Shown here in pieces: positions 61,546-64,000 of a stretch of 64,000 nucleotides of DNA. The first letter of the stretch is position 1. The number at the start of each line of letters is the position of its first letter. The position numbers were made by a program, and so were the translations under genes. The stretch lies in the NCBI GenBank assembly GCA_021827715.1, contig JAKAUO010000019.1, positions 3,290-67,289 on the forward strand, written 5' to 3'. A model generated the notes under the pieces. That model made no database searches. It was not told the origin of the DNA and saw only the letters and a list, made by a program, of their open reading frames with translations. The stretch comes from a bacterium (lineage in GTDB: Bacteria; Babelota; Babeliae; Babelales; Babelaceae).

Positions 61546-62280
61546 TCAGATCTTTACAAAATAGGCCAAGAACTCTTTGTTCCCCGATCCTCCAAGAATG
61601 GGCGATTCGGTAACACCCTTCAATTCAAAACCTATCGTCTGAATTGCATCGCAGACAGAAATAACCGCTTTCTGTTGAATCGCGCTGTCTTTGATAACAC
61701 CCTGATACCGCTGCGCGATCTCAAGACCAACTTCAAATTGCGGCTTAATAAGTGCAATAAGTATACCACCTGGCTTTAGAAGTTGGGCGGCTTGAATCAT
61801 AACTTTAGTAAGAGAGATAAATGAAAGATCCAACGTCATGCAATCTATGATGTCTGCAAGCACCGGCACCTGGCGAATATCTGTATTTTCCATAACAACA
61901 ACACGTATATCAGTAGATATCTTTGGATGCACCTGAGCGGTACCTACATCTATGCCGTATACTTTGCAAGCGCCATAGTACAATAAACAATCAGTAAACC
62001 CGCCGGTAGATAACCCCGCATCAAGACAAACAAGATCTTTTACCAGAATATTAAATTCTTTTAAAGCATGTTCAAGCTTAAGCCCCGAACGTGCAACAAA
62101 TTTTAATGCAGCAAGGTTTATTTCGATCGAGCAATCGAATGGAGCCAACAGACTACTTTGTGTGCAAATTTTTCCCTGCAATATTACTGAACCCTGCTCA
62201 ATAAGCTCTTGAATTTTAGAGCGCGATAATGAAGGGTATCGCGCTTGTATAAGTTTATCTAACCGTATTTTATGCACCAC
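61546..62280 (-). CDS. tlyA: TlyA-family rRNA 2'-O-methyltransferase (S4 + FtsJ domains)
   Basis: RLDKLI...SRSKIQELIEQGSVILQGK (S4) and LDAGLSTGGFTDCLL (SAM motif). Confidence 0.85.
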   Translation of the reverse strand: MVHKIRLDKLIQARYPSLSRSKIQELIEQGSVILQGKICTQSSLLAPFDCSIEINLAALKFVARSGLKLEHALKEFNILVKDLVCLDAGLSTGGFTDCLLYYGACKVYGIDVGTAQVHPKISTDIRVVVMENTDIRQVPVLADIIDCMTLDLSFISLTKVMIQAAQLLKPGGILIALIKPQFEVGLEIAQRYQGVIKDSAIQQKAVISVCDAIQTIGFELKGVTESPILGGSGNKEFLAYFVKI

Positions 62281-63922
62281 GAGCTTTTCTATCCTCTAAC
62301 ATAAGCTGTTGAGTAAATGGCGTTATCGTGTAAAAGAGCATACGGGAAAGCTTACTTTCATCTTCCAACATTTTTTTAAACGGAAGCGCTACAAATCTAT
62401 TTTCTGATGTTTTTATAGTCACATGATCCATACCGACACTTTTTCTGAACGCTTTGCGCACATCATGCAGATCTTTAATCGGCTCACCATTAATCTCAGA
62501 AATAATTTGCCCCCGCATTAATACAAAAGAGCGCAGTGCCGCAGAATCGGGCAATATATGTGCAAGCACCACAGCAGGCTCAAATTGATTTTTAAAATCA
62601 CCATATTTTGCAAGATGTGGGGCTGATTGAATAAGCTGAGGAATATGATCCAATGCTAAATCCATAAGCACCATACCACCGAATAACTCATAATCTATTT
62701 TTTCATACGGTGGAAATTTTTGGCGAACCGCGGGTAAATCGCATTGATTAAATACAAAGGATAGATTTACTGGTTTTCCTTGACGATACACGGTGACATG
62801 TATTTTATCACCCAGCATTAAACGGGAAATATAATCCACAATCGATACCTTATCTTCGCACCACGGAACATTCATTTCACCAAAGATATCTAAAGAATGG
62901 CCGTCGATACTGTAAATCATATCTCCAGCTTTTACGCCTGCCTTTTCCAACGGACTATTTTTATAGGTTTCAATAACATACAAACCACCCGGTAATGGAT
63001 TATTGAGAAACTTGGTAAGACTTTCACTTGCAGGATTAAAATGAACTCCTAAAAATGGCTTGCGCAAGAAAGTAATATTTGAAAAATCACCACAATGTAC
63101 CTGTTCAGCATGCCGCAAAAACTGAGTTACCTCATTACTTGGTATAATATAATTAACATTTTGGGCTGCAGCTGCAGCGAACCCTGCGGTATTAACCCCC
63201 ACCACACGAGCATCCTGGTTTAATGATGGGCCACCCGAGTTTCCCGGATTTATAGGAGCACTAATTTGAATCATATAATGGCCATCAATATGTTCGCGCC
63301 CACTAACCACGCCGGTGGTACTTTTCAACGATTGTTGCCCCAAAGGATAGCCCAATGTCATAATTTCATCAGAACGTCTTACTGCATCTGAGTCTCCAAA
63401 TCTTAAGTAAGGGACTTGTCCCAATGTCTCTTTAACGCGTTCGAGCGATTCTGAGGTTAAGCGGACCAGCGCAAGGTCCCGGTCAGGGTTTAATGCGATT
63501 ATGTCAGCTGCAAGACGCTGCTTGCCCATACTAGGGATTTGAACCTCGACTGCCACCGAACCGTTAATCACGTGAAAATTAGTAATAAATGATCCTTGTT
63601 CATCAATAAAAAACCCGCTTCCGGTAGCAAGTCCCTGTTGCGGAGTTTTATAAGGTTCAAGCCAATTGAATTCGATCTTTTGTACCCACACTTGAACAAC
63701 CGTGTCTTTTACTAATGGTTGAATATCCGACCAGCGCTTACTGACATCCGATGAACTTCCTGCTGGTAATTGCGCTTTTTCAGCACTCTCTTTAGGGTGC
63801 ATATGAGATTTAATTTTTTCAAAAAGATCGGCATAATAAGCGCGGTCCTGCTTATTTTGATAGACAAAAAAAAGTAAGCCGCCGGTAAGTAAGACAACAA
63901 GTGCTAAAAGCAATCTTTTCAT
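62270..63922 (-). CDS. HtrA/DegP-like periplasmic serine protease with PDZ region
   Basis: TM/signal. Triad contexts TNFHVI, DLALVRL, GNSGGP. PDZ-like GDMIYSIDG. Confidence 0.85.
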   Translation of the reverse strand: MKRLLLALVVLLTGGLLFFVYQNKQDRAYYADLFEKIKSHMHPKESAEKAQLPAGSSSDVSKRWSDIQPLVKDTVVQVWVQKIEFNWLEPYKTPQQGLATGSGFFIDEQGSFITNFHVINGSVAVEVQIPSMGKQRLAADIIALNPDRDLALVRLTSESLERVKETLGQVPYLRFGDSDAVRRSDEIMTLGYPLGQQSLKSTTGVVSGREHIDGHYMIQISAPINPGNSGGPSLNQDARVVGVNTAGFAAAAAQNVNYIIPSNEVTQFLRHAEQVHCGDFSNITFLRKPFLGVHFNPASESLTKFLNNPLPGGLYVIETYKNSPLEKAGVKAGDMIYSIDGHSLDIFGEMNVPWCEDKVSIVDYISRLMLGDKIHVTVYRQGKPVNLSFVFNQCDLPAVRQKFPPYEKIDYELFGGMVLMDLALDHIPQLIQSAPHLAKYGDFKNQFEPAVVLAHILPDSAALRSFVLMRGQIISEINGEPIKDLHDVRKAFRKSVGMDHVTIKTSENRFVALPFKKMLEDESKLSRMLFYTITPFTQQLMLEDRKARGA

Positions 63923-64000
63923 TTTTCCCTCTTTAAATTAGACGTTACAGTAGACTGAGTGTACTGCAAAAACAAAATATGATAAACTACTCTTTATAAA

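Overview
This is an AT-rich, tightly packed bacterial chromosome segment. I call about 60 protein genes and 5 tRNAs. I saw no rRNA, CRISPR array, transposase or integrase. Many neighbouring genes overlap by 4 to 26 nt. Housekeeping genes include dnaA, recJ, mreC, gatC-gatA, rsmG, pgsA, secD, serS, hemW, HU, tatD, gap, pgk, rpiB, PMM/PGM, sbcC, trxB, RNase HI, tlyA, an HtrA-type protease and a LolC/E-type permease. Mixed among them are many signal-peptide proteins of unknown function and several atypical enzymes: a eukaryote-type cPLA2/PLB-family lipase, a Lig1/archaeal-type ATP-dependent DNA ligase and two secreted kinase-fold proteins. This content suggests a diderm, host-associated bacterium with a reduced genome, perhaps Dependentiae/TM6-like, but that is inference only. 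The most unusual points are these. (1) A 1.1-kb cassette sits between roughly 200-bp direct repeats that contain the 3' end of pgk. It encodes a Gly/Ala-rich bacteriocin-like membrane peptide whose upstream ORFs join through two in-register A_AAA_AAA slippery heptamers, followed by two coupled mini-ORFs. (2) A tandem pair encodes an FtsH-like protein with a dead M41 protease motif and a paralog with degenerate Walker A/B motifs. (3) A membrane-anchored thioredoxin reductase-thioredoxin fusion lies next to a second TrxR. (4) Two tandem secreted paralogs of about 570 aa have no recognisable domain. (5) A perfect 86-bp tandem repeat carries truncated tRNA-Arg 5' fragments, each split by a GC-rich insert. 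(6) Two convergent tRNA-Arg genes share a near-identical 76-nt trailer and bracket a 4.6-kb segment. (7) GC-rich hairpin elements abut the encoded CCA end of every tRNA gene. All domain calls come from motif recognition by eye. No database search was run.
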